A program made the translations under genes and the position numbers. The notes beneath the pieces were generated by a model. The model did no database searches. It was not told the origin of the DNA and was given only the letters and a program-made list of their open reading frames with translations. A stretch of 64,000 nt of DNA from Opitutia bacterium (GTDB taxonomy: Bacteria; Verrucomicrobiota; Verrucomicrobiia; Opitutales; Opitutaceae): NCBI GenBank assembly GCA_947478395.1, contig CANJVR010000001.1:288001-352000 (forward strand), in the 5' to 3' direction. Positions 48,992 through 58,473 of this stretch are shown here, piece after piece (the stretch's first letter is position 1; every line of letters starts with the position of its first letter).

Positions 48992-51136
48992 TCAGTTGGC
49001 CGGACCTTGGAGTTTCCAAGTCTCGTCAAAGAATCCGACTGGGCCGACAGCGGCGGTCGGGAGATTGATGTCGCCCGGCTTGGTAATGTCCACCACCGCC
49101 CAATCGGGCAGCTTCGGGTTCATCTTATCGTTGTTGTCGAGGTCGTGGAAGGTGAAGCCAGTGTTCAGCACGACATATTTTTTCGGGTTTAGCGGATTCG
49201 GGAAAACCATTAACGGCACGGAGGAATCCGCCGGGTAGATCTTGTCGCCGACGGTGACGCTGGTCGCGGTCCACTTGATCGGGAGCCGCGCGGCGATGCG
49301 TTTCAGGATCGCGTTGCTCGACGGATCGCCGAAGAGCACGAGGTTGTGCGCGGCGATGTCGGCGTCGTTGATCTCGCTGTCCTTTTTCACGCGGGCTTCG
49401 CCGCGGAAGGACTCGCGCCAATCGTGGATCGCGCGGTCGGCCTCGCCCGCGGTCCACTTGCCCACCGCGGCGTTAAACGCGGTGCCGGTCGGGCGCACGA
49501 TCATGAAGGAGTCCATGAACGCGTCGTCGATCGGGCCTTGCAGGCCGGGAGTCTTGTGCAGTCCGCTCGTGGGCCGCGTGCCGAGGCGCCATTTGCCGTC
49601 GGTTTTCACGAGGGAGGCGGCGAGGGATTTGTTGGCGCCGACGGCGGGAAGCGTGAGAGCCGTGCCGTCAACCGTGAGGTTCGGTTTCGTGCCAACGGCG
49701 AACGGGGCGAGGCCCGCGGCCCAGTCGAGACGCAAGGCGGAGACGTTCGCGGTGGTGAGCGTGATAGCGTTGCCCTCGACCTTCGCGTTGGCGCGAGCGC
49801 GGTCCCACTGTTTCTCCAGACCTTCGAGCGTGACCCAATAGCTTTTGTTGTAGCGCAGCATCCACGTCGTGAAACGGATTTCACGCGGGGACGGATCGCG
49901 ACCCTTCGACGCCAACTCGTCGAGACGCGCCATGATCTTCAGACGGGCGCCGGGTTCATAGGTGTGGCCGACATTCGGGCCGTCCACGCGCTCCAGCTCG
50001 AGCCCCTCCGCCGCCATGGCCGTCTTCATGGCTTCGGAAGCCTGTCGCTGGCCGTCCTGCGTCCCCGCATACGCGATCATCGGCTGGTTGAAGAGATTGA
50101 TGGCGTAGTCCACCGAGTCGTACAGGTGCCAGAGCGTTTGCTGGTAGGCGGAGGGCATCGGATTGCGGCCGCGGCCCAAGCCGAGAAACACCGTCGTCTC
50201 ACTGAAGCCCGCGCCGGCCGAGGAGGCAGCCCACCGGTCAGGATAGTGCGTCGCAAACAGCCAAGCCGACGCTCCGCCCATCGAGAAACCGGTCATCACG
50301 ATCCGATTCTCGTCGATCGCGTACGAATTTTTCACGGACGCGATCGCCTCGAGCGTGTCGGTTTCACCGGCGAAGCGGGTCGCGTTGCACCAGCGGCCAA
50401 ACGGCTGAAGGATAAAACGCGTCGCGTCGGGCGCAAAGGGGCGCTGGGTGAAACCGGGCGCGGTCGTAAAATTCCCGTTGAGGAACGGCAGCTCCGTCGC
50501 GGCCTGGCCGCGGCCGTGCTCAAAAATATCGAGGCGGTATTGCTGGCCGGGAGTGGCGGCGTAATCGGTGGGCAAAGTCAGTTGGTACGGCTGCGCCGAG
50601 CCATCGATCTTTGAGAAGTAACCGCGCATGCTGGACGCGGTCATCCACGGAGTTTCGCCCTTGGCCAGCTCCGTGGCGCGTTGGCTTCCCGCGCTCAACG
50701 CGGTGCGGGCCTGCGCGACGTTCACGTCGGCAAAGGGGGCAGCGGTGCCGCGCGTGATCGCGTAAGGATTGGGGGTGCCGGCATCTTCCATCGCGAATTT
50801 CACGGCGTTGAAAAAGATCTCCACGTCGGCGATGCGGTCATAGTTTTTCTGGCCGGCGTATTGCTTTTTGAGGGCGGCGATCTGGGCGCCGAGGTCGGCC
50901 AGATTTTTCGTCAGCTCAGCGCGGATCTCATCGGTCATCGGGATGGCCGGACCGCGTCCTCCCCCGCCCGCCCGGGCAGCGGGCGACGCGGGGTTTGCGG
51001 GCGCGGCGGCCGCCGGGCTGGCGTCAGGGCCGGTCGCGGTGGAAGCAGGTTGCGCGGCGGCGCGCAGCGCGCCGAGCAGCAGTAGCGCGGCGCAGGCACG
51101 GAACGGCGCATGAGGCAGGCGGAAGGGGTTCATCAT
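48992..51136 (-). CDS. Secreted serine hydrolase (prolyl-oligopeptidase/esterase-like)
   Basis: SKIDGSAQPY, HGRG, GFSMGG nucleophile elbow, GH; C-terminal GPIDDAF...PKLPDWAV. Confidence 0.85.
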   Translation of the reverse strand: MMNPFRLPHAPFRACAALLLLGALRAAAQPASTATGPDASPAAAAPANPASPAARAGGGGRGPAIPMTDEIRAELTKNLADLGAQIAALKKQYAGQKNYDRIADVEIFFNAVKFAMEDAGTPNPYAITRGTAAPFADVNVAQARTALSAGSQRATELAKGETPWMTASSMRGYFSKIDGSAQPYQLTLPTDYAATPGQQYRLDIFEHGRGQAATELPFLNGNFTTAPGFTQRPFAPDATRFILQPFGRWCNATRFAGETDTLEAIASVKNSYAIDENRIVMTGFSMGGASAWLFATHYPDRWAASSAGAGFSETTVFLGLGRGRNPMPSAYQQTLWHLYDSVDYAINLFNQPMIAYAGTQDGQRQASEAMKTAMAAEGLELERVDGPNVGHTYEPGARLKIMARLDELASKGRDPSPREIRFTTWMLRYNKSYWVTLEGLEKQWDRARANAKVEGNAITLTTANVSALRLDWAAGLAPFAVGTKPNLTVDGTALTLPAVGANKSLAASLVKTDGKWRLGTRPTSGLHKTPGLQGPIDDAFMDSFMIVRPTGTAFNAAVGKWTAGEADRAIHDWRESFRGEARVKKDSEINDADIAAHNLVLFGDPSSNAILKRIAARLPIKWTATSVTVGDKIYPADSSVPLMVFPNPLNPKKYVVLNTGFTFHDLDNNDKMNPKLPDWAVVDITKPGDINLPTAAVGPVGFFDETWKLQGPAN

Positions 51137-51360
51137 AAAGCAGGGCAACACAGATGATTTCTTGACTGAAAAAACAGCCGGAAAGGCTCGGGTTTTGATA
51201 GTTAAGATTCGCCCGAACCGGCGGCGCGAGCACCAAAATATCCGCGACCGAACCATTACCTGGGACTCCTCCTTGAAGATTCAACCGATGGCCCTTCCGA
51301 GCCGCACTTCTTCCGGTTGCGAACTGAGCCCCGTCCTTTCCCACGCGTCTGGCTCTCCGA

Positions 51361-52632
51361 TCAGAGCCTGCGGCGCGCGGCCGTTTGTTCGAAATGCCGA
51401 CGCGCCTCGGGATGCGTTTCCATTAGGATGTCGTAGATGCGCTGCTTTTCGTCCGACTCCAGATAGGCATAACGGCCCGCCGAATCGGTGTCGCGCAGGG
51501 CAACGTAAAGGACTTCATAAATCTGATCTTTCATGGGCTCAGGCAGCGCCGCAAATGCCTCGGAATAGATCAGGTAACTGCACCGGTTTTTGAAAATGCG
51601 CCCGTCTAGCCTCAGGTCTTTGAGCGAATCGCCGGCCCGGTCGCGCTTGGCGTCGGCCAGAAAAACTTTCAGGAACGCCTCGTTCTTCACCACGCCCTCC
51701 GGCAAAACCGCGCCACGGCGAAAGAGGAGATGATCGACGACATCACTCTCTGACGCGTATTTCCCGAGACGGACGTTTTGGCCGACACGCGTGATGCTGT
51801 TATACATCGCCATTTGGTGCTCGAGAATAAGCAACCCCGCCATGTCGCTCGTGCCAGCAGGATAGCGCGAGGTGTCGAAAAACTCCGAGAGTTCGGCCGG
51901 GCGTTTCTCGCTCGCGGGCAGGACCGCGGCTTTGCCTTCGCCTGAACCGACGGCGTTGCCGCGGTGGTTTGGCTGGCCCGTGTACCCACTGACGTACCAA
52001 CCGCCCCAGCGTTTCTCGAACCGGATCGCATCGTCCACCAAATCGAAATCGGTGCGCGGGAGAAGTTCGCCGTCGGCGCCAGGAATACCCGTCAGCGCCA
52101 GCAGAACGGGGACGTCGCGCACGAAAAAGTAGCCGTGACAAAGCATGCAACTGGCATCGCGCACAAATCCTCGCGGCTCCGTCGCTGAGGTATTCGCATT
52201 GAAACGATAAAAGACCGGCCCGAGCTGGGGATCGATCACGGCCACCTCGATGTCTCCGCCCGGCACCCAACCGACGTAAACCGATTCCGAGAAATACAAC
52301 GCGCGCGGCGTCGCCGGGCTGATCAACGCTTTTTGGAGACTCGTCTTGGTAAAGACCAAGGTCTGCGTTTCCACCGGCACTCTCAAAGCGCGGAGCACGG
52401 CCAGCAGTAATTCTTTTCCGTTTTCTTTAAACGAGAGTTCGCCGGTTTCCAATCGGCGTTGCAGGCGGGTGACTGAGTTTTCCGAAGTCGCCTTCGAATA
52501 GTTGACGGGCGGCAGCTCGTAGTCCGGCACCGCCGCGCGTTGCGCGCGGGCCGCCGTCACGCCCAGAAAAAGCAGGAGAGTAAAAATTCGCACGAGCCGC
52601 GACGACGGGAGGGAGAAAGCAGATCGAGTCAT
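51361..52632 (-). CDS. Secreted hypothetical protein with one CxxCH (putative cytochrome c)
   Basis: Signal peptide; CMLCH; TQTLVFTKTSLQ, RWGGWYV, CSYLIYS. Confidence 0.8.
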   Translation of the reverse strand: MTRSAFSLPSSRLVRIFTLLLFLGVTAARAQRAAVPDYELPPVNYSKATSENSVTRLQRRLETGELSFKENGKELLLAVLRALRVPVETQTLVFTKTSLQKALISPATPRALYFSESVYVGWVPGGDIEVAVIDPQLGPVFYRFNANTSATEPRGFVRDASCMLCHGYFFVRDVPVLLALTGIPGADGELLPRTDFDLVDDAIRFEKRWGGWYVSGYTGQPNHRGNAVGSGEGKAAVLPASEKRPAELSEFFDTSRYPAGTSDMAGLLILEHQMAMYNSITRVGQNVRLGKYASESDVVDHLLFRRGAVLPEGVVKNEAFLKVFLADAKRDRAGDSLKDLRLDGRIFKNRCSYLIYSEAFAALPEPMKDQIYEVLYVALRDTDSAGRYAYLESDEKQRIYDILMETHPEARRHFEQTAARRRL

Positions 52633-52959
52633 GAAGCGCCGCGAACGCGACAGATGAAAACCAGACGATCGCACCGACGTGTCGAGCCTACTTCGCGCTA
52701 AGGTCGATCACGTGGGTTTCGTCGGACCCTGCCCTGCCGGGGCGCGACTCCTGAGCCGCTTTCAAATCGTAGAGACGGTGCCACGGCTCAATTGCGCTGG
52801 TGATGAGCGAGAGAAACGATGCGTGACGACACCTGAGGCTTTGATTTGGGCGTGGTCATTATCGTCGTCGCTTTGCCGGTTTTATATTTCGCGGCCCTGT
52901 TCATCGGAAAAATAGCCGAAGCGTTGGCCGGGCCCGCCGCCCGCCGGGTCCGTGAGATT

Positions 52960-54153
52960 TTATTTTCCGCCTGCGGCCAAACTCGCCGGGCCATTTTTAT
53001 GAAACAACAGCGGCAAGAATTCCGCCGCATGTTCCCGCCAGAGCGCGAAATGATGGTAGCCCTCGGTCGGACGCCAGGTGTGGTTGATGCCGAGCTTCGT
53101 CAGTGACTCGTCGAGTTCCTTCGAACTCGCGAAGAGACTGTCTTGCCGACCGCAAGCGAGATACAGGGCGTCAACTTTGGCATTGAAGCCCTTGGCGTCG
53201 CCATAGACCGCGGCTTTTTCCGTCGGCACCGCGCGCACCGCTCCCGCCGGACTAAACATCCCCGCGGCGGAAAACAGGTCCACGTGATTTGAAAACACGC
53301 GCATCGTAATGTCCCCGCCCATCGAGAGGCCCGCGATCGCGCGATTCTGGCGTCCGGCCGCAACCCGATATTTCGCTTCCACCGCGGGAATGACGTCCTT
53401 GAGCAAGTATTCCTCGAACACCACGGCGTTATTCCGCGCACCCGTGCCGCGCGAGCCCATCGGCAGCGCGTGGGCTAAGGGCAGCACAATGATCATTGGC
53501 TCGGCCTTTTTGTCGGCGATGAGATTGTCGGCGATGTAGTTGATATTACCGATATCGACCCACCCTTGCGGACGGTCGTTCGAACCGTGCAAAAGGTAGA
53601 GCACGGGATAACGGCGGTCGCGGTCCTGCGCATAACCGGGCGGCGTGTAGACTAGGAATGTTCGCGTTTCGGAAAGCACGACCGACTTCTGCGGATTCAC
53701 CTCAATCGCGCCGTGCGGAACGTCACGCGCGTCGCCGAGACCCGGGGTTGCGCCCGCGACGTCGAAGAAACTGCCCTGACCCTGCTGCCGCAGTTTCACC
53801 TGCGGATTGGCCGGATCGGCGATCGTCACTCCGTCGACCGTGAAATTATAAATATATTTGCTGGGAGCGAACGGCCCCAGCGTGAGGCTCCACACGCCCT
53901 TCTCGTCTTTCGTCAGTGCCTTCACGTCGTCGTGCCAGTCACCCTTCATCGTGACTGCAGTGGCTTTGGGCGCGGAGAGGCGGAATACCACGCGCCGGTC
54001 GGAAAGCACGTCGGGTGAAACCACCGTGCTCGAGGCGGCATTCGCCGCGGATGCCGCCGGCGTGCCCGGAGCCGCCGCCGAATTTTGGGCGGCAGAAAAA
54101 CGCGTAAGCGCGAGAAAAAGCGCGCCGATCAAGACGGATGTGGGATATTTCAT
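52960..54153 (-). CDS. CBM48-like domain plus esterase (CE1 / feruloyl or acetyl-xylan esterase-like)
   Basis: VSPDV...VFRLSAPKA, YPVLYLLHG, AIAGLSMGG. Confidence 0.88.
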   Translation of the reverse strand: MKYPTSVLIGALFLALTRFSAAQNSAAAPGTPAASAANAASSTVVSPDVLSDRRVVFRLSAPKATAVTMKGDWHDDVKALTKDEKGVWSLTLGPFAPSKYIYNFTVDGVTIADPANPQVKLRQQGQGSFFDVAGATPGLGDARDVPHGAIEVNPQKSVVLSETRTFLVYTPPGYAQDRDRRYPVLYLLHGSNDRPQGWVDIGNINYIADNLIADKKAEPMIIVLPLAHALPMGSRGTGARNNAVVFEEYLLKDVIPAVEAKYRVAAGRQNRAIAGLSMGGDITMRVFSNHVDLFSAAGMFSPAGAVRAVPTEKAAVYGDAKGFNAKVDALYLACGRQDSLFASSKELDESLTKLGINHTWRPTEGYHHFALWREHAAEFLPLLFHKNGPASLAAGGK

Positions 54154-54484
54154 GGGGGATAAGCTGGCGCATTCACAACTCAACCGCGCGACCAACGCAC
54201 GGCCAAAATTCGGGCCAGCGCCAACGTTGGTCCCGCTCCGTCGCCTCGTCTGATCGCGGCCTGAAAGATGAACGGCCAGCCCAGCGAAACGCGATGCGCC
54301 ACGCCATCCCAGCCCCGTCCGGGCCACTCGCTCCGTTGTCTGCCGATGTCATCTCCCGCCCGTCGGTTCTAGATTCAAAAATTGGCCTGGGCCGACTGGC
54401 TTCCTTCCGTCCGGCTCGCGTTTCCGTGGCGGATTCGCGCGGGGCATCTTGCTCTTGCGGGGAGGACTGACCTAGCTCGAGCCC

Positions 54485-55024
54485 ATGAAACTTCTCCTTC
54501 GGTTCCTCGTCGTTGTGCTCGCCGCCACCTTTGCCCGGGCGGCCGATTCGTTGGATGAGATCAAACTGAAGGCCGAAAAAGGCGACGCCGGCGCTCAATA
54601 CGATTTGGGCGTGGCCTACGAAAGTGGCAAAGGCGCCGACAAGAACGCAGCGGAGGCGTTCAAGTGGTTACTCAAAGCCGCAGAGCAGGGTAATATTTCC
54701 GCCGAAGACAAGGTGGCCGTAATGTATGCCCATGGTACCGGCGTCACCATGGACGAGCCCGCCGCCATCCGTTGGTTTCTCAAGGCTGCGGCTGAGCGAG
54801 ATCCCGTGGCCCAGTACAATCTCGGTAACATGAATTACAAAGGTCACGGCGTGCCTAAAAATGAGGTTGAAGGTTGCGCGTGGTGGACGATCGCCGCCGC
54901 CAACGGCCATGCGCGTGCAGCGGAAAATCTCAAGAACGCCCAACAGACGATGACTCCAGCGCAGATCATGCAGGCCGCAGCGCTGGCCAAAGAGCGGATG
55001 GAGAAATATGGGGCGAAGAAGTGA
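54485..55024 (+). CDS. Sel1-repeat protein
   Basis: AQYDLG...G.G..K...EA.KW..KAAEQG repeats; signal peptide. Confidence 0.92.
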   Translation: MKLLLRFLVVVLAATFARAADSLDEIKLKAEKGDAGAQYDLGVAYESGKGADKNAAEAFKWLLKAAEQGNISAEDKVAVMYAHGTGVTMDEPAAIRWFLKAAAERDPVAQYNLGNMNYKGHGVPKNEVEGCAWWTIAAANGHARAAENLKNAQQTMTPAQIMQAAALAKERMEKYGAKK

Positions 55025-55137
55025 TCGGCCCACTTTGCGTGACACGACTCTAATTCATGCGTGCGAGCCCGAAGGGGCGATCGCGGGCAGTTCAACGTTG
55101 CCGACGTGATCGCGTCGGGGACAAAAAAGCATCCGCC

Positions 55138-56190
55138 ATGAAGATCCTCCCCGCGCTGCCGCGACTATATTTGTTGGTCTCGCTGTTGATGGCGCTCCAT
55201 TTGCCTGGAGCTGAGCCGCCCGCCGCCGCGGCTTCGCCGGCGGAAATTCCGCTTTGGCCCGACGGCGTTCCCAACGCCAAAACACCGGCGCGCGGCGAAA
55301 CCAGCAACAGCGGCAATTACCGCAACGTCAGCAATCCGCGCCTGTTGGTTTACGCGCCCCCGCCGGGCACGGCGAACGGCACCGCCTTCGTTTACAGTCC
55401 GGGCGGCGGGTATTCGCAAATCGCCGGTGCGGGCCCGAGCAGCATTACCCAATGGATGAATTCCCTGGGCGTCACCGTCTTCGTCCTGCTCTACCGACTG
55501 GAGGCGCCGGACTATCCGGCGGCGCTGCAGGACGCCGTGCAAGCCATGCGCGTCGTGCGCAGCCGCTCGAAGGAATTCGGCCTCGACCCCAAGCGCATCG
55601 GCGCCGGCGGCGGCTCTGCCGGCGCGCACCTGGCCGGCAGCCTCGGCGCTTTCTACAACGATCCCGTCGTCGCCAAGGTCGGCGGCCAGCTGGAAGCGCT
55701 CAGCGCCAAGCCCGATTTCCTCATCCTGTTTTTCCCGGTGGTGACCATGGACGTGCCGGCCGCGGAGCGCGGATCGCGCCATGCCCTGCTCGGCCCAAAT
55801 CCCCCCTCCGAGCTGGTCGATAAAATGTCGCTCGAAAAGCAGGTGACCAAGGACATGCCGCCGATTTTCCTCATTCACACGATGCAGGACACCACGGCTC
55901 CGGTGGAAAATTCGCTGCTGCTTTTTTCTGCGCTGCGCAAAGCCGGCGCGTCGGTGGAAATGCACATTTTTGAAAAAGGCGCGCACAGTTCGGGCCTCTA
56001 CGCGAATTTCGGCACCACCGCCACCTGGCCCACGCTCGCCGAGGAATGGATGCGCGCCCATGGCTGGCTGCCCGACTCGCCGACGTCACTCATGTATCGC
56101 GGCGCGACCGCTGTGGCCTCCCCGGCGCAAGGCCAGCCCATGCTCACCGTGCCCCGACACTATCAAGCACCCGCGCCCGCCGCGCCATGA
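55138..56190 (+). CDS. Alpha/beta hydrolase (esterase)
   Basis: PGGGY, GGSAGAHL, PPIFL-x-HT-x-x-D, EMHIFEKG-x-H. Confidence 0.9.
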   Translation: MKILPALPRLYLLVSLLMALHLPGAEPPAAAASPAEIPLWPDGVPNAKTPARGETSNSGNYRNVSNPRLLVYAPPPGTANGTAFVYSPGGGYSQIAGAGPSSITQWMNSLGVTVFVLLYRLEAPDYPAALQDAVQAMRVVRSRSKEFGLDPKRIGAGGGSAGAHLAGSLGAFYNDPVVAKVGGQLEALSAKPDFLILFFPVVTMDVPAAERGSRHALLGPNPPSELVDKMSLEKQVTKDMPPIFLIHTMQDTTAPVENSLLLFSALRKAGASVEMHIFEKGAHSSGLYANFGTTATWPTLAEEWMRAHGWLPDSPTSLMYRGATAVASPAQGQPMLTVPRHYQAPAPAAP

Positions 56191-56224
56191 ACAGGAAGCG
56201 CGGAGGGGCTCCAGCCTGACCCGT

Positions 56225-56367
56225 CCGGGCCGCCGCAACAACCTTGCCGCCACCTGATCTGTCGTGCTCGATCGTGGCGGGCCGTCTTCGGCCCCGATAT
56301 AAAAGCGCCCGTCTTCCTTGAGGATCGCGCGCGTCAGAATTTCGAAGTCCAGATCGGCGAAGTGTAA
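56225..56367 (+). pseudogene. Degenerate 3' fragment of a paralog of the downstream gene
   Basis: Reads RNNLAAT*SVVLDRGGP / FGPDIKAPVFLEDRARQNFEVQIGEV* vs RHDFNRTLPVMLASGGPFFGTDTKTPVFLDDRERRNFEVKIGET. Confidence 0.75.
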
Positions 56368-56421
56368 GAAATCGTATCCGAGCGAAACGCCAAAACTTCC
56401 GCAGAGATAATCCCCGAAATC

Positions 56422-57354
56422 ATGAAACGTTCCGTTGTTCTCCTTATGCTCCTCGGCTCTTTGAGCCTCGCGGTTTCTCTCGCTCCGGCCGCGCCCCGCC
56501 CGGTTGGCCCCGAAGTCTTAGTGACGGCCGATGCCATCGCTGTTCCGGACGGTTTGCGCCCCAGCCGTGACAAACCGGTTTACTACGTCTTTGCCCAATC
56601 CTCGCTGTCCCTCGGCGAATCGATCGGCGGAACGAAGCTTCCTGATCCCGCCGTGATCGAGCGTACGGTCGTGGCCGAGCTCTCGAATCAGGGTTTCGTT
56701 CGAACCAAAGTCGGCGGACCGATGCCCTCGGTCGTGATCTTAGCGGTGTCGGGAGAGGCGAACTTCCGCGGCACTCCGGATGCGGACGATCTCGATATGT
56801 ACCGTTCCTTCGTTCTACCGGGCTCGCTTATTCTGATTCCCGACGAGATCGGGCCCACCGGTGTTTTCCTGCGCGTAGACGATGCGGCCGTAACAGATGA
56901 TACGGCTAAAAACCGGACCATCGAAAACCTGGCGCACGAGTACAAATACCGCTCAAGCCCTCGCTTCCTAGACCAAGCCAAAGTGGAAGTGCTCATGGGC
57001 ACTTCGAAGATGTTTTCCTCTAACTCCATCGACTCGTCCAACGGGCTGAAAGTCGCCGCCGCCTCGAATGAGGATCGCATCTTTATTAGTGTCTCGGCCT
57101 TCGAAGCCCAGGCGTTCGCCAAGAAAGAAAAACGCCTGCTCTGGCGCACAAGCATGTCCGTCGATTGGCGTCATGACTTTAACCGCACGCTTCCAGTCAT
57201 GCTCGCGAGCGGCGGACCGTTCTTTGGCACCGACACCAAAACTCCTGTCTTCCTCGACGACCGTGAACGGAGAAACTTCGAAGTGAAAATCGGCGAGACC
57301 ACGACCGTCCCAGACACGACTCGGCCCCGGCCGCAAGCCGGTCGCACGAACTGA
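56422..57354 (+). CDS. Secreted hypothetical protein
   Basis: Signal peptide; PVYY, L-x-x-QGF, LLWRT, FFG...V-x-IGE. Confidence 0.8.
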   Translation: MKRSVVLLMLLGSLSLAVSLAPAAPRPVGPEVLVTADAIAVPDGLRPSRDKPVYYVFAQSSLSLGESIGGTKLPDPAVIERTVVAELSNQGFVRTKVGGPMPSVVILAVSGEANFRGTPDADDLDMYRSFVLPGSLILIPDEIGPTGVFLRVDDAAVTDDTAKNRTIENLAHEYKYRSSPRFLDQAKVEVLMGTSKMFSSNSIDSSNGLKVAAASNEDRIFISVSAFEAQAFAKKEKRLLWRTSMSVDWRHDFNRTLPVMLASGGPFFGTDTKTPVFLDDRERRNFEVKIGETTTVPDTTRPRPQAGRTN

Positions 57355-57415
57355 TCTTTTCTACGATTCGAAGGCGTACGATTCGAAGGATTCAGCAACG
57401 GTCTTTCCGGGCCGC

Positions 57416-58360
57416 CTAACCGGCTATGATCGGCCCGTCATCCAGCCTTAAGTTTTTCAGGGAAGAAAAGCTGCGCGCTTCACCGGTAATCGGATCAGGA
57501 AAGGCCACCGACTTGGCGAGTAACTGCAGCGGCTTGGTGTAGTCGTCGCTGTTTTCCGGCCGATGCGTAGGGTAGATTTGATCGTGCTGAATCGGTATGC
57601 CCAACGCTGCGCAATGCGCCCGCAGTTGATGTTTGCGGCCCGTCACTGGCGACAGGCCGTAGCGCGCCCACTCGCCTCGAACCTCGATCAGCTCGATCCG
57701 TGTTTCGGAGTTGGGCTCCCCTTCCTCGAGGCGCACCTGCATAAAACGCTCCGGATTCTCCCCGAGCCGGCAACGGTAGGTCAGCGGCAACTTCAAATCC
57801 AGCCGCCACGGCGCGATGGCTTCGTAGCTTTTCCGGACCGCGCTCTGCAAAAAAAGATCCTGATAAGCCTTTCGCGTCTCGGGCTGCACCGTGAACACAA
57901 CCACGCCCGCCGTTTCGCGGTCGATGCGATGAATCGGCGCCAACCCATTGAGCCCCAGCCGACGTTTCAGCCGCACCAGCAGCGTCTCCTGTAAGTAACG
58001 CCCCGAGGGAATCACCGGCAAAAAATGCGGCTTGTCGGCCACGACCAAATACTCGTCCTGAAACAGCACCGTCTCCTCAAACGGGATGCGTGCCTCCGCC
58101 TCCAGCGCCCGATAATAGTAGACCCGCAACTGCGGCTCATAGCGCCGCCGCGCATCAACTGCCACGCCACGCGCATCAGTCACCTCACCTGTCCGCAAAC
58201 GCGCGTCCCACACCTCAGCTGAGATCGTCGAGAACCGCTCGACTAAAAACTCCGCAATGGTCCGCCACGCGCCTTCTGGCAGGACCACACTGCTCGGCCC
58301 GACCCCATCCCGCGTTGGCGGCGGAAGCAATTTTTGCGATGGGCGTTGAGTTTCTTTCAT
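57416..58360 (-). CDS. RluA family pseudouridine synthase
   Basis: ADKPHFLPV, HRIDRETAG, TGRKHQLRAH, LQLLA. Confidence 0.93.
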   Translation of the reverse strand: MKETQRPSQKLLPPPTRDGVGPSSVVLPEGAWRTIAEFLVERFSTISAEVWDARLRTGEVTDARGVAVDARRRYEPQLRVYYYRALEAEARIPFEETVLFQDEYLVVADKPHFLPVIPSGRYLQETLLVRLKRRLGLNGLAPIHRIDRETAGVVVFTVQPETRKAYQDLFLQSAVRKSYEAIAPWRLDLKLPLTYRCRLGENPERFMQVRLEEGEPNSETRIELIEVRGEWARYGLSPVTGRKHQLRAHCAALGIPIQHDQIYPTHRPENSDDYTKPLQLLAKSVAFPDPITGEARSFSSLKNLRLDDGPIIAG

Positions 58361-58473
58361 CTCCACTTTTGCAGACTCTGAATCGTGACTTCCAGTGAGG
58401 TCTGCAACATTGCTAACGCTGCTGCCGATAATCTGCGGGCAAAGTCCCGCCTCTTTACGCAAGAGCTGCTCCC

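Noticed and set aside
52819..53106. Small membrane ORF with an in-frame TGA (MRDDT*GFDLGVVIIVV...) as a recoding case
   Set aside because: It overlaps the esterase 3' end by about 147 nt and has no SECIS-like support; more likely chance or a remnant
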